The notes: a model not told the origin generated them from the letters alone. Shown: positions 28,227 through 38,210, counted from the first letter of the stretch. The stretch: 64,000 nucleotides of DNA from an uncultured Chloroflexia bacterium (GCA_963713975.1 OY970218.1:2272001-2336000), one strand, 5' to 3'. Program-made: numbers and translations.

Positions 28227-29501
28227 ATGCGTATCGTCAGCCCGGAAGAAGCGGTCGCGGGGATCAAGTCCGGCGACCAGATCTACGTCCAGATGGCGTC
28301 TGCGGCGCCCACGCACCTCCTTGACGCCCTCGTCGCGCGCGCCCCGGAGCTCCGTGACGTCACCCTCACCCATCTCCACCTGGAGGGACCGGGGCCGCAC
28401 CTCGCGCCCGAGATGGCGGGCCACTTCCGTCACCGGGCCCTGTTCATCGGCCCCAGCGCCCGCAAGGCGGTCAACGAGGGCCGGGCGGACTTCGTCCCGG
28501 TGTTCTTCTCCGACATCCCGGCCCTGTTCCGGTCGGGTGCCTATCCGCTCGACGCCGTGTTCGCCAACGTCACCCCTCCCGATGCCCATGGGTTCTGCTC
28601 GCTGGGCGTATCCGTGGAGGCCATGCATGCGGCGGTCGACACGGCGAAGACCGTCATCGTCCAGTTCAATCCGTCGATCCCGCGGACGCTCGGGGATGCC
28701 TTCATCCACGTCGGCCAGATCGACCTGGCGATCGAGGTGGACCAGCCGCCGTACGAGCACGCACGCCCCCTGGTCGGTGAGGTCGAGCAGCGGATCGGGG
28801 CGTATGTCGCCGACCTGATCCCGGACGGAGCCACCCTGCAGCTGGGGATCGGGGCGATCCCAAGCGCCACGGCCGAGCTGCTCAACGGCAAGAAGGACCT
28901 CGGCATCCACACCGAGATGTTCACAGACGCCGTCGTGGACCTGGTCGAGGCCGGCGTCGTGACGGGCGACCGCAAGGCTCGCAACCGCGGCAAGCTCGTG
29001 GCGACATTCCTCATGGGCACAGACCGGCTGTACCGGTTCGTCCACGACAATCCGATGGTCGAGATGCGACCGGTCGACTTCACGAACGACACTCACGTGA
29101 TCCGCTCGCTGGCGAGCATGATCGCCATCAACTCGGCGATCGAGGTCGACCTCACGGGCCAGGTCGTGGCCGACTCGATCGGCTACCGGATGTACTCGGG
29201 CGTCGGGGGCCAGATGGACTTCATGCGCGGGGCTGCTCTCGCCCCGGGGGGACGCGCGATCATCGCGCTCCCGTCCACCGCGGGCGCCGATGGCAAGGTG
29301 TCCCGGATCACCTCGCACCTCGCCGAGGGGGCCGGGGTCGTCACGACGCGGGCGCACGTCCGGACGGTCGTGACGGAGTTCGGCGTCGCCGAGCTGTGGG
29401 GAAAGAGCCTGCGGGAGCGCGCGAAGGCACTGATCGCGATCGCCCACCCCGACCAACGCGACTGGCTGGCGAGCCAGGCACGCCGGCACCACGAGCTGTA
29501 G
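28227..29501 (+). CDS. Acetyl-CoA hydrolase / 4-hydroxybutyrate CoA-transferase family
   Basis: TLQLGIGAIP, LGIHTEMF, SGVGGQMDF, VVTEFGVAEL. Confidence 0.9.
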   Translation: MRIVSPEEAVAGIKSGDQIYVQMASAAPTHLLDALVARAPELRDVTLTHLHLEGPGPHLAPEMAGHFRHRALFIGPSARKAVNEGRADFVPVFFSDIPALFRSGAYPLDAVFANVTPPDAHGFCSLGVSVEAMHAAVDTAKTVIVQFNPSIPRTLGDAFIHVGQIDLAIEVDQPPYEHARPLVGEVEQRIGAYVADLIPDGATLQLGIGAIPSATAELLNGKKDLGIHTEMFTDAVVDLVEAGVVTGDRKARNRGKLVATFLMGTDRLYRFVHDNPMVEMRPVDFTNDTHVIRSLASMIAINSAIEVDLTGQVVADSIGYRMYSGVGGQMDFMRGAALAPGGRAIIALPSTAGADGKVSRITSHLAEGAGVVTTRAHVRTVVTEFGVAELWGKSLRERAKALIAIAHPDQRDWLASQARRHHEL

Positions 29502-29551
29502 ACGGTCCGCGGAATCAAGAACCCCCGCCGATGGGCGAGGGCAGGGTTTCG

Positions 29552-29590
29552 GGTGGGTGCCGGGCGTCCCCTCCGGCACCCACCTCGCTT
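29552..29590 (+). terminator. Probable intrinsic terminator hairpin
   Basis: GGTGGGTGCCGG-N9-CCGGCACCCACC followed by TCGCTT. Confidence 0.55.
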
Positions 29591-29802
29591 GCAGTCTCGG
29601 GGGTTCGCCCCCCGACGGTGAGTGCCGATCGGACCGCCTTGCCGGGACCTGCGGACCCCCACGCCGGGTCCTCCGCATGGCGACCGGCACCGCCGTCGCC
29701 GTCCATCATCTCCTGACGGGGAGGCGGCTACCGTCGCGCTCGCCTGCTGATCCCCGCGGACCGGCGCGGAGTGCCCACGGCCCCCCTCTCGAAAGGTCGA
29801 GT

Positions 29803-31143
29803 ATGCGCACCGAACGCGTGCTGATCATGGGCGCCGCTGGCCGGGACTTCCACGACTTCAACGTCGCCTACCGGAACGACCCGGCGGCCCACGTGGTCGC
29901 CTTCACGGCGACGCAGATCCCGGGCATCGCGGACCGCCGTTACCCGCCGGAGCTCGCCGGCGAGCGCTATCCCGAGGGCATCCCGATTCGTCCCGAGGCG
30001 GAGCTCGAGACGCTCATCCGCGACCTTGCGGTCGACACTGTCGTCTTCGCCTACTCGGACGTCAGTCACGAGCAGGTCATGCACGCCGCCAGCAGGGTGC
30101 TCGCGGCGGGCGCGGACTTCAGCCTGCTCGGCCCCAATCGCACCCTGCTCGACAGCACGCGCCCCGTCGTGGCGGTGTGCGCGGTCCGGACCGGCTGCGG
30201 CAAGAGTCAGACGAGCCGCCACGTCGCGTCACTGCTGGAGGCCCAGGGCCTCAAGGTCGCGGTGGTCCGTCACCCGATGCCGTACGGCGACCTCGTCGCC
30301 CAGCGCTGCCAGCGCTTCGAGACCTACGCGGATCTCGACCGTCACGAGACCACGATCGAGGAGCGCGAGGAGTACGAGCCGCACCTCGATGCCGGACGCC
30401 TTGTCTTTGCCGGCGTGGACTACGAGGAGATCTTGCGCGCGGCCGAGGCCGAGGCGGACGTCGTGATCTGGGACGGCGGCAACAACGACCTGCCGTTCTA
30501 TCGCCCGGACCTGATGATCGTGGTGGTCGACCCGCTGCGGCCCGGCCACGAGCTGCGCTACCACCCGGGCGAGGCCAACCTGCGCCTGGCCGACGTGGTC
30601 GTGATCAACAAGGTCGATTCCGCCACGCCCGAGGCGCTGGCCACCGTCAGGGCAGGCATTGCCGACGCCAACCCGAGGGCGGTCGTCGTCGAGGCGCGGT
30701 CCGCCCTCGCGCTCGAGGGTGGCGAGATCCGCGGCCGCAGCGTCGCGGTCGTGGAGGACGGACCCACCCTGACCCACGGCGGCATGACCTACGGTGCCGG
30801 CATCGTCGCGGCGAGGCGTTTCGGCGCGGCCGAGGTGGTGGACCCGCGACCGTATGCCACCGGCGAGCTGGCCGCGACGCTGGCCAGGTACCCGGCCCTC
30901 GAGAACCTGCTGCCCGCCATGGGCTACGGGGACAAGCAGGTCCACGAGCTGGAGGCCGCCCTCACGGCGGTCCCGGCCGACGTGATCCTGGCTGCCACCC
31001 CCATCGACATCGGCCGTGTCCTGACCGTCCCCAAGCCGGTCGTCCGTGTCCGGTACGAGCTGGAGCCGGTGTCGGGCACCGTCGAGGAGCACCTTGTGCC
31101 CGTGATCGCCCGAGCGAAGGAGGCACAGGCCGTCGGCGGCTGA
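29803..31143 (+). CDS. COG2403 P-loop protein (cyclic 2,3-diphosphoglycerate synthetase-like / arginine synthetase ArcE-like)
   Basis: IMGAAGRDFHDFN, AFTATQIP, AVRTGCGKSQT, RHPMPYG, TIEEREEYE, WDGGNND, EDGPTLTHGGM. Confidence 0.85.
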   Translation: MRTERVLIMGAAGRDFHDFNVAYRNDPAAHVVAFTATQIPGIADRRYPPELAGERYPEGIPIRPEAELETLIRDLAVDTVVFAYSDVSHEQVMHAASRVLAAGADFSLLGPNRTLLDSTRPVVAVCAVRTGCGKSQTSRHVASLLEAQGLKVAVVRHPMPYGDLVAQRCQRFETYADLDRHETTIEEREEYEPHLDAGRLVFAGVDYEEILRAAEAEADVVIWDGGNNDLPFYRPDLMIVVVDPLRPGHELRYHPGEANLRLADVVVINKVDSATPEALATVRAGIADANPRAVVVEARSALALEGGEIRGRSVAVVEDGPTLTHGGMTYGAGIVAARRFGAAEVVDPRPYATGELAATLARYPALENLLPAMGYGDKQVHELEAALTAVPADVILAATPIDIGRVLTVPKPVVRVRYELEPVSGTVEEHLVPVIARAKEAQAVGG

Positions 31144-31162
31144 CCACCCACCGCAGTTAATA

Positions 31163-31195
31163 AGGGCCGGCCGGGCGCATGCCACGGCCGGCCCT
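31163..31195. terminator. Hairpin, probable terminator
   Basis: AGGGCCGGCCG-N11-CGGCCGGCCCT, preceded by AT-rich GTTAATA. Confidence 0.55.
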
Positions 31196-31318
31196 CGATT
31201 CACCCGGGGCGGCCGGTCACACGAAGGCGAGACCGCCGGCGGGCTCCTTCGGGACGAACGGCAGGCGAAGCGCGCGGGCCGCCGGCCGACGATGTGCACG
31301 ACGCCAAGGAGAGGGTCG

Positions 31319-31678
31319 ATGCACGGAACGACACGCCCGCGGACACTCGAACGGCCGGCGGCGACCGGGATCAGCGCGGCGGTCTGGATCGAGCCGGGAC
31401 GCGCGATCGTGGTGCGGAGCGCCGGCGGGGAAGCGGTCACCACCACGGAGCTGCCGATCCCCTCGCTGCCGGCGACCACGCCTCCGGCCCTGGCCGAGGT
31501 GGCGCACCTGATCGGTGACGTGGACCAGGTGCTGGTCCTCGGGGCCCCAGACCTGCGAACGGCGCTCGAGCGCGAGATCGTCGCCATCGGGCACAGGCCC
31601 GAGATCATCCGCGACTCGGGTGCCGAGGGACCCCTGGACGCTGCCGCCCTGACTGCTCGCCTGGCCCACATCCGCTAG
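31319..31678 (+). CDS. Small eRF1-M-domain / host-attachment-like protein, reduced
   Basis: AAVWIEPGRAIVV...LAEVAHLIGDVDQVLVLGAP; similar to 41182-41682. Confidence 0.55.
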   Translation: MHGTTRPRTLERPAATGISAAVWIEPGRAIVVRSAGGEAVTTTELPIPSLPATTPPALAEVAHLIGDVDQVLVLGAPDLRTALEREIVAIGHRPEIIRDSGAEGPLDAAALTARLAHIR

Positions 31679-31875
31679 CTCGCCTCCCTGATCCGTGCCA
31701 CAGCGGCACGCGGCCGCCGGGCCGTCCGGCAGGGGCCCGCTGCCGGTCGGCCCGGCGCCCCGGCGACGGACGGCACTCACGCGTCGGCAGTGCCCGGGCT
31801 GACCATGAGCATGCGGCCCCGGAGCGCGCGAGTCCGTCGTGGCGATCCGCAACCACGTAGTGAGGTCACCTCCCT

Positions 31876-32388
31876 ATGTCGCTCACGTCGCCGCTTCCTT
31901 CCCCCCACCTCGTGATGGCCCTGAGCTCATCGTGGTTTGGGGGTGGCCTGCCACCTGACGCGATCGAGCGGCTGGCGGCGATCGCGACCATCCGCGAGGT
32001 GGACCCCGGCACGGAGCTGTTCCACGAGGGCCAGGTGACGGACTCGATGTCCATCGTCCTCGTCGGCCGCGTGGCCCTCCGCACCCTCGTCCCGGAGCGG
32101 GGCATGGTCACGATCCTGACCGTCGAGCCTGGCGACATCGTCGGCTGGTCGGCCATCGTGCCCCCGCACCGGGCGACGTCCGTGGGGATCGCGATCGAGC
32201 CGGTGACGCTCCTGGACTTCCCCGGCGAGCGACTCCGATCGCTCCTGCGGGCCGACAACGCCCTTGCCGCGTCCGTCTACCCGCGGGTCCTCCAGGCCGT
32301 GAGCCGACGCCTCTCGGCGACCCGGCTCCAGCTGCTCGACCTGTTCGCACGTGAGGAGTGGGGACGGCCCGAGGTCCAGTCGTGGTGA
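31876..32388 (+). CDS. Cyclic-nucleotide-binding domain protein
   Basis: LFHEG, PGDIVGWSAIVPP, RLSATRLQLLDL; typical accessory of group 3b hydrogenase operons. Confidence 0.85.
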   Translation: MSLTSPLPSPHLVMALSSSWFGGGLPPDAIERLAAIATIREVDPGTELFHEGQVTDSMSIVLVGRVALRTLVPERGMVTILTVEPGDIVGWSAIVPPHRATSVGIAIEPVTLLDFPGERLRSLLRADNALAASVYPRVLQAVSRRLSATRLQLLDLFAREEWGRPEVQSW

Positions 32389-34424
32389 CCGACGAGCGTC
32401 TGCCCTACGCACCGTATCCGGTGCCGACCGGGACGGCCGTCGGCGCGCCGCCATCTCCGGTCCTGTCCGGAAACGGAAGCGGGCCATGGTTCCTGGCGCA
32501 CGCGAACCTCGGCGTGCTGATCGACCTCCTGCGCGAGGACGGCCGCACGGTGATCGGCCCGACGGTGCAGGACGGCGCGGTCGTCTATGCCGAGATCGAG
32601 TCCGTCGACGACCTGCCGACCGGGATCGGCGACGAGCAGGTGGCGGGCCACTATGGCCTGGTCACCCACGGAGACCACAGGGTCTTCGACTACAACGTCG
32701 GACCCCTCAGCCCCAAGCGCTGGACGTTCCCGCCGGTCGTGCCGCTCAACGTGGGCCGGCGCGACGGGAAGACTGTCACCTTCGAGCCGGCACCCATCGA
32801 TCCGCCGAGGCTCGCCTTCCTCGGCGTCCGCGCATGCGAGCTGGCCGCCCTGGGCATCCAGGATCGCGTGTTCCTCGGCGGCCCGTACACCGACGAGGAC
32901 TACCGCGCCCGGCGCCAGAACGCCCTCGTGATCGCCGTCAACTGCACCACATCCGCATCGACCTGCTTCTGTACCTCCATGGGCACCGGGCCCGAGGTCC
33001 GGGGTGGCTACGACCTGGCCATCACGGAGCTCGACGAAGGGTTCGTGATCCGCGCCGGCTCTTCGGAGGGCGCCGACATCGTCGCCCGGATGCCGGTCCG
33101 CGGCGCGGATGCCGGCCAGATGTTCCGGGCCGCCGAAGCGGTTGGCAAGGTGGCCGCTACGATGGGCGACGCCGTCTCGACCGCGGGCCTGCACGACCGG
33201 CTCATGGCCCAGTTCGACAGCCCCCAGTGGGCGAAGGTGGCCGAACGGTGCCTGTCGTGCGCGAACTGCACGATGGTCTGTCCGACCTGCTTCTGTTCCA
33301 GCGTGACGCAGCGGTCCGACCTGGACGGCGGCGTGTCCACGTCCGAACGGGTCTGGGACTTCTGCTTCACCGCCGGTTTTGCCAAGGTTGCCGGTGGCAA
33401 CTTCCGAAGCCGGCCGCGCGACCGCTACCGGCAGTGGCTGACCCACAAGTTCGCGACCTGGGTGGACCAGTTCGGGACGTTCGGATGTGTGGGCTGCGGC
33501 CGATGCATCGCGTGGTGCCCGGTGGGCATCGACATCCGCCAGGAGCTGCTCGCCGTCGCGCCGCCGCTGGCCGTCCGCCCCGAGCCAGCCCACGCGCAGC
33601 CGGTCGCGGCGACGCCGGGCTACTACGCCACCGCGCGGATCGTGTCCGTGCGCACCGAGACCCACGACGTCACCACGCTCACCGTCGGTGACGTGGACCC
33701 TGCGTTCCTGGCCGGGCAATTCGGCCAGTTCGCGATGGTTGCGGTCCCGGCCTTCCCGCCGGTGCCGATCTCCATCTCCCGCTTCGGGCGCGACACGATC
33801 GACCTCACGATCCGGGCTGCAGGTCCGGCGACCGCGGCGATCATCGGGATGGGTCCGCGCGACGAGATCGGCGTGCGCGGCCCGCTGGGGACATCGTGGC
33901 CGATCGAGCGGGCAATGGGCCACGACGTGGTCATTGTCACCGGTGGCATCGGGCTTGCACCGCTGCGGCCGCTGATCGACGGCCTCATCGCCCAGCGCGA
34001 CCGGTTCGAGGCGATCCGCCTCTACTACGGCGCCCGGACCCCGGGCGACCAGCTGTACCGCGAGGAGCTGCGCGGCTGGGCGGCCAGGGGTGACGTGGAC
34101 GTCAAGCTCATCGTCGATCGCGAGGGTCCGGGGTGGACCGGTCCCGTCGGCGTGGTCACCCACCTGTTCGACCGGGAGACCTGGGACGGGGAGCGATCCC
34201 TGGCCTTCGTGTGTGGCCCGGAGCGGATGATGGAGGCCACGGTCGAGGCCCTCGAGGGCCGCGGACTGTCCTCCGATCGAATCTTCGTCACGCTCGAACG
34301 GCACATGGAGTGCGGGATCGGCCTGTGCGGACACTGCCAGACCGGCCGCCTGTTCGTGTGCCGGGACGGGCCCGTGTTCGCCCTCTCACAGCTGGGCGAC
34401 GTCTTCGGCAGGGAGGGCATGTGA
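32382..34424 (+). CDS. Group 3b hydrogenase fused beta (4Fe-4S) + gamma (FAD/NAD(P), 2Fe-2S) subunit
   Basis: CLSCANCTMVCPTCFC, CVGCGRCIAWCPVGID; then RGPLG, GGIGLAPLR, CGPE, CGIGLCGHC. Confidence 0.88.
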   Translation: MVTDERLPYAPYPVPTGTAVGAPPSPVLSGNGSGPWFLAHANLGVLIDLLREDGRTVIGPTVQDGAVVYAEIESVDDLPTGIGDEQVAGHYGLVTHGDHRVFDYNVGPLSPKRWTFPPVVPLNVGRRDGKTVTFEPAPIDPPRLAFLGVRACELAALGIQDRVFLGGPYTDEDYRARRQNALVIAVNCTTSASTCFCTSMGTGPEVRGGYDLAITELDEGFVIRAGSSEGADIVARMPVRGADAGQMFRAAEAVGKVAATMGDAVSTAGLHDRLMAQFDSPQWAKVAERCLSCANCTMVCPTCFCSSVTQRSDLDGGVSTSERVWDFCFTAGFAKVAGGNFRSRPRDRYRQWLTHKFATWVDQFGTFGCVGCGRCIAWCPVGIDIRQELLAVAPPLAVRPEPAHAQPVAATPGYYATARIVSVRTETHDVTTLTVGDVDPAFLAGQFGQFAMVAVPAFPPVPISISRFGRDTIDLTIRAAGPATAAIIGMGPRDEIGVRGPLGTSWPIERAMGHDVVIVTGGIGLAPLRPLIDGLIAQRDRFEAIRLYYGARTPGDQLYREELRGWAARGDVDVKLIVDREGPGWTGPVGVVTHLFDRETWDGERSLAFVCGPERMMEATVEALEGRGLSSDRIFVTLERHMECGIGLCGHCQTGRLFVCRDGPVFALSQLGDVFGREGM

Positions 34425-35263
34425 TGGTCGCCGTCGCCGCCCGGCCCCGTCTGCGTGTCGGCATCGTCAAGATGGCGTCCTGCGACGGCTGCCAGCTCAC
34501 GCTCCTCGACCTCGAGGACGAGCTGCTGGCGCTCGGGGACCGGTTCGAGATCGTGGAGTTCCCCGAGGCAAGCTCGCTGCGTTCGGCGGGTCCATACGAC
34601 GTCCTGCTCGTCGAGGGCTCGGTGAGCACGCCCGACCAGGCGGCGGAGATCGTGGACCTCCGCCGTGAGGCGAAGCTCCTCGTGACCATCGGGGCCTGTG
34701 CCAGCTACGGCGGCATCCAGGCGCTCCGCAACTGGTCCGATCACGACGAGTTCCGTGCCGCGGTCTACGCCCACCCCGAGTTCATCGAGTCCCTGGCCAC
34801 CGCCACGCCCGTGTCGGACCACGTCAAGGTCGACGCCGAGCTCCACGGCTGTCCGATCAGCCCCGAGCAGCTCCGCGAGGTGCTGGTCTCGGTCGCGGTC
34901 GGGCGCCGTCCCCAGATCCGCGAGGAGGCCGTGTGCCTTGAGTGCAAGCGTCGTGGCGCCGTCTGCGTGATGGTCGCGCGCGGCATCCCCTGCCTGGGGC
35001 CCGTGACGCAGAACGGCTGCGGGGCGCTATGCCCCACCTTCGGTCGCGGCTGTTACGGCTGCTTCGGGCCGCGGGAGCAGGCGAACACGGACAGCCTCGC
35101 GCACGTGTTCGAGATGGGTGGTCGCGAAGGGGAGGATCTCAGCCGCCTGTTTGCGGGGTTCACCGGCTGGGCCGGCCCGTTCCGCGCCATCGTCGGCGAG
35201 CACGGGGGTCCTCCCGGCATGACGCCGGCGGCCTCTACGGAAGGAGTCCGCGATGGGCGGTGA
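34424..35263 (+). CDS. Group 3b [NiFe] hydrogenase small (delta) subunit
   Basis: SCDGC, VEGS, GACASYGGIQ, GCP, CLEC..CVM..CLGP, CYGCFGP. Confidence 0.92.
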   Translation: MVAVAARPRLRVGIVKMASCDGCQLTLLDLEDELLALGDRFEIVEFPEASSLRSAGPYDVLLVEGSVSTPDQAAEIVDLRREAKLLVTIGACASYGGIQALRNWSDHDEFRAAVYAHPEFIESLATATPVSDHVKVDAELHGCPISPEQLREVLVSVAVGRRPQIREEAVCLECKRRGAVCVMVARGIPCLGPVTQNGCGALCPTFGRGCYGCFGPREQANTDSLAHVFEMGGREGEDLSRLFAGFTGWAGPFRAIVGEHGGPPGMTPAASTEGVRDGR

Positions 35264-36608
35264 CAAGGGCGGCGCGCTCGTCAAGGACGCTCCCGGCGCC
35301 GAGCGCGAGTTCAAGGTCCCGTACATCACCCGGGTCGAGGGAGAGGGCAGCCTGGACCTGCGGGTCCGCGACGGAGAGGTGGTCGAGGCGCGCCTGAAGA
35401 TCTTCGAGGCGCCCAGGTACTTCGAGCGCATCGTCGTGGGCCGGACCGGCGACGAGGTCATCGACATCGTCGCGCGCATCTGCGGCATCTGCCCCATCGC
35501 CTACCAGATGACCGCGGTCCACGCCTTCGAGGACTGCTACGGAGTGGAGATCGACCCGGCGGTCCGTGCGCTCCGCCGTCTCCTCTACAGCGGCGAGTGG
35601 ATCCAGAGCCACGCCCTGCACGTGTACCTGCTGCACGCTCCGGACTACCTCGGCTATCCGTCCGCGCTGGCGATGGCCGTGGACCACCGGGCGGTCGTGG
35701 AGCAGGGCCTTGCCCTCAAGAAGGTCGGCAACCAGCTGATCGCGGCCCTCGGCGGCCGGCCGATCCACCCCATCTCCGTGCGGGTGGGCGGCTTCTCCAA
35801 GATCCCGCGACGTGCCGACCTGGACGGGATCCGCCAGGCGCTTGACACGGCCGTGGAGCAGTCGCTCGCGACCGTCCGCCTCGTGGCCACGTGGGATCCC
35901 CCTGCGCTCGAGCACCCGCAGCCCCTCGTGGCGATGCGGCACCCGGACGAGTATCCGTACAACGACGGCCGGATCGTGTCGTCCGATGGGCTGGATATCG
36001 CGCTCGGAGCGTGGACCGAGGCATTCGAGGAGCACCAACTGGAGGGCTCCAATGCCCTCCACGCGAGGACCAGGGATGGCGAGGTCTACCTCCTGGGCCC
36101 GACCGCCCGCCTCGCCCTCGCCGAGGAGGGCCTGCATCCCATCGCGCGCGAGGCCCTCGAGGCCACCGGCCTCCGCGACGCCATCAGGACGAACATCCAC
36201 CGCTCGATCGTGGCCCGGGCGGTCGAGCTCCTGCACGCCTGCGCCGAAGCCCGGGACATCATCGACGGCTACCGCCCGTCGTCCGCGCCAAAGGTCCCAT
36301 GGTCGCCACGCGCCGGTGTGGCCGCCTGGTCCACGGAAGCCCCTCGGGGACTCCTCCACCACCGGTACGAGATGGACGAGAAGGGCCACGTGGTCCACGC
36401 CCAGATCGTCCCCCCCACGAGCCAGAACCAGGGAGCCATCGAGGCCGATCTGACGGCGTTCGCGCCGAGCGTCCTCGATCTTCCCCATGCCGAGGCGGTC
36501 CACCGCCTGGAGATGCTGGTCCGGGCCTACGACCCGTGCATCAGCTGCGCGACCCACTTCCTCGATCTCCGGATCCTGGAGTCGGGCGCAGACGAGGGAA
36601 TCACATGA
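35253..36608 (+). CDS. Group 3b [NiFe] hydrogenase large (alpha) subunit
   Basis: RVEGEG, L1 RICGICPIAY, EAPRG, L2 RAYDPCISCATH plus C-terminal extension. Confidence 0.95.
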   Translation: MGGDKGGALVKDAPGAEREFKVPYITRVEGEGSLDLRVRDGEVVEARLKIFEAPRYFERIVVGRTGDEVIDIVARICGICPIAYQMTAVHAFEDCYGVEIDPAVRALRRLLYSGEWIQSHALHVYLLHAPDYLGYPSALAMAVDHRAVVEQGLALKKVGNQLIAALGGRPIHPISVRVGGFSKIPRRADLDGIRQALDTAVEQSLATVRLVATWDPPALEHPQPLVAMRHPDEYPYNDGRIVSSDGLDIALGAWTEAFEEHQLEGSNALHARTRDGEVYLLGPTARLALAEEGLHPIAREALEATGLRDAIRTNIHRSIVARAVELLHACAEARDIIDGYRPSSAPKVPWSPRAGVAAWSTEAPRGLLHHRYEMDEKGHVVHAQIVPPTSQNQGAIEADLTAFAPSVLDLPHAEAVHRLEMLVRAYDPCISCATHFLDLRILESGADEGIT

Positions 36609-37123
36609 CCCAGCTCGCCCCGCCGTCGGTCCGTCTTCTCATCTGCGGCAACGCGGACCGGGGAGATGACGGAGCGGCCCTGAGCGCCGTTGCCACGCTC
36701 CTGCCGTCGCTGCCGTCAGCCCTGCTCGAGCGCATCGAGGTCCGCCGTTGCGGCCACCTCCGCGTGGAGGACCTGACCGACGTTCCGGCGGGTGAGCTGA
36801 CCCTCGTGGTCGATGCCGCCGTGGGCATTCCGCCTGGCCACGTCGTCACCCTGCCGATCCGCCAGATCCTGTCGGACGCCGCGTCCCCCGCGCCCCGGTC
36901 GTCGCACGAGCTGCCGATCGACCAGGTCCTCGGCCTGGCGGACACGCTCCGCCCGGGCGGCCTGCCGGGCGGCACGTTCATCGGCATCGGGGGGCGGAGG
37001 TTCGGCTACGGCCGCCCCCTGTCGAGATCGGTGCGGCTCAACATGGCGACCTTCCAGGCCGCGATCGCCGCCGAGCTTGGGCGCCTGACGCGCGTGCCCG
37101 AGGGCCCTGCCGCTTCGGGGTAG
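36605..37123 (+). CDS. Hydrogenase maturation endopeptidase
   Basis: GNADRGDDG, VVDA, SSHEL. Confidence 0.85.
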   Translation: MTQLAPPSVRLLICGNADRGDDGAALSAVATLLPSLPSALLERIEVRRCGHLRVEDLTDVPAGELTLVVDAAVGIPPGHVVTLPIRQILSDAASPAPRSSHELPIDQVLGLADTLRPGGLPGGTFIGIGGRRFGYGRPLSRSVRLNMATFQAAIAAELGRLTRVPEGPAASG

Positions 37124-37178
37124 GCCCAGGGTCGCCGCCGGGCCCGATGCGCCCCGGAGCAGTCCGTCCGCGCCCGGG

Positions 37179-38204
37179 TCAGCCCAGGACCGCGCGCAGG
37201 AAGCGGCATGCCCGCAGGGTCACCCACGGGCTCGCGACACCCGGCTCGTCGACGTCCGCCCAGAGCTTGCCGCGATACGGGTACTCGTTCCGCCACCGGC
37301 CGGCCTCGTCCTGCTTGGCCAGGATCCGGTCCGCCAATGGGCCCAGGCGGGGGTCGGCCGCGTGCCCGGCGTCCACGAGCACCTCGCCGGCCTGCAGGAT
37401 GTCCGCGACGTACCCGGACGGGAACCCGAGCCGGAACCACCCGCGCGAGATGCCCCCACCCCAGCCAGCCGGGTAGGCCGCCACGGACGGATCGACCGAC
37501 AGCAGCAGATCGGCGCCCGCGGCGATCCCTGCCTCGACCAGCGGATCCCGCTCGTCCCTCGGGATGGCCTCGAGGCCCCGGAGCGCCTTCACTGCACCCC
37601 AGGCACACGGTAGGCCCTCGTTGACGCCGCAGGCGAAGCCCGGCCCGGACGTACCCGAAGCGTAGTACCGCGGGGCGCCTGGACCTCCGACGATCGCGCG
37701 TGCCTGCCAGTCCACCGCCGCGGCAACCCTCGGGTCGCGCAGCCACCCGAGGGCGATCAGCGCCCGCAGCAGGTTGCCGCCCAGGCAGTGGAGGACCGAG
37801 GAGGGTGGCGGGGGCCGGTCCGCCCGGTGGGACCCGGAACAGCCGAAGCCCCCGGAGTCCGCCTGCGTGTGGGCGAGCACGTACTCGCAGCCCGCGGCGA
37901 TCCGGGGGTCGTCTGGATCCGCGCCCAGCTGTTCGAGCACGATCAGGCTCCAGACCGTGCCCCGGTACTTGGGGGCGTACCCGGGTCCCGGTTTGACCCA
38001 CCATCCCGCCGGGTCCTGGGCATCGAGGATGGGCGCGATGGGCCCACCCGCCATGGCGGCTGCCCGCGCCGCGACGACATCCGGGTCGTCGGCGGGCCGA
38101 TCCTCGAGCCAGCGGAGGGCGAGTTGTGCGACGGCGGGCCGTGAAGCGTCGAGAAGCCATGGCCTCGGGTCGCCACGGAGCGAGTCCAGCCACCGGGCGG
38201 CCAT
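37179..38204 (-). CDS. Prenyltransferase/squalene-cyclase-like alpha-alpha barrel repeat protein
   Basis: QW-like repeats (AQDPAGWW, KQDEAGRW), PKYRGTVW, SPWVTLRA. Confidence 0.7.
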   Translation of the reverse strand: MAARWLDSLRGDPRPWLLDASRPAVAQLALRWLEDRPADDPDVVAARAAAMAGGPIAPILDAQDPAGWWVKPGPGYAPKYRGTVWSLIVLEQLGADPDDPRIAAGCEYVLAHTQADSGGFGCSGSHRADRPPPPSSVLHCLGGNLLRALIALGWLRDPRVAAAVDWQARAIVGGPGAPRYYASGTSGPGFACGVNEGLPCAWGAVKALRGLEAIPRDERDPLVEAGIAAGADLLLSVDPSVAAYPAGWGGGISRGWFRLGFPSGYVADILQAGEVLVDAGHAADPRLGPLADRILAKQDEAGRWRNEYPYRGKLWADVDEPGVASPWVTLRACRFLRAVLG

Positions 38205-38210
38205 GTCGCG

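Noticed and set aside
32382-33560. Anaerobic sulfite reductase AsrAB
   Set aside because: No AsrC; the gene is followed by NiFe small and large subunits and a maturation protease
37179-38204. NifH (a label often attached to this family)
   Set aside because: No P-loop or nitrogenase Fe-protein motifs
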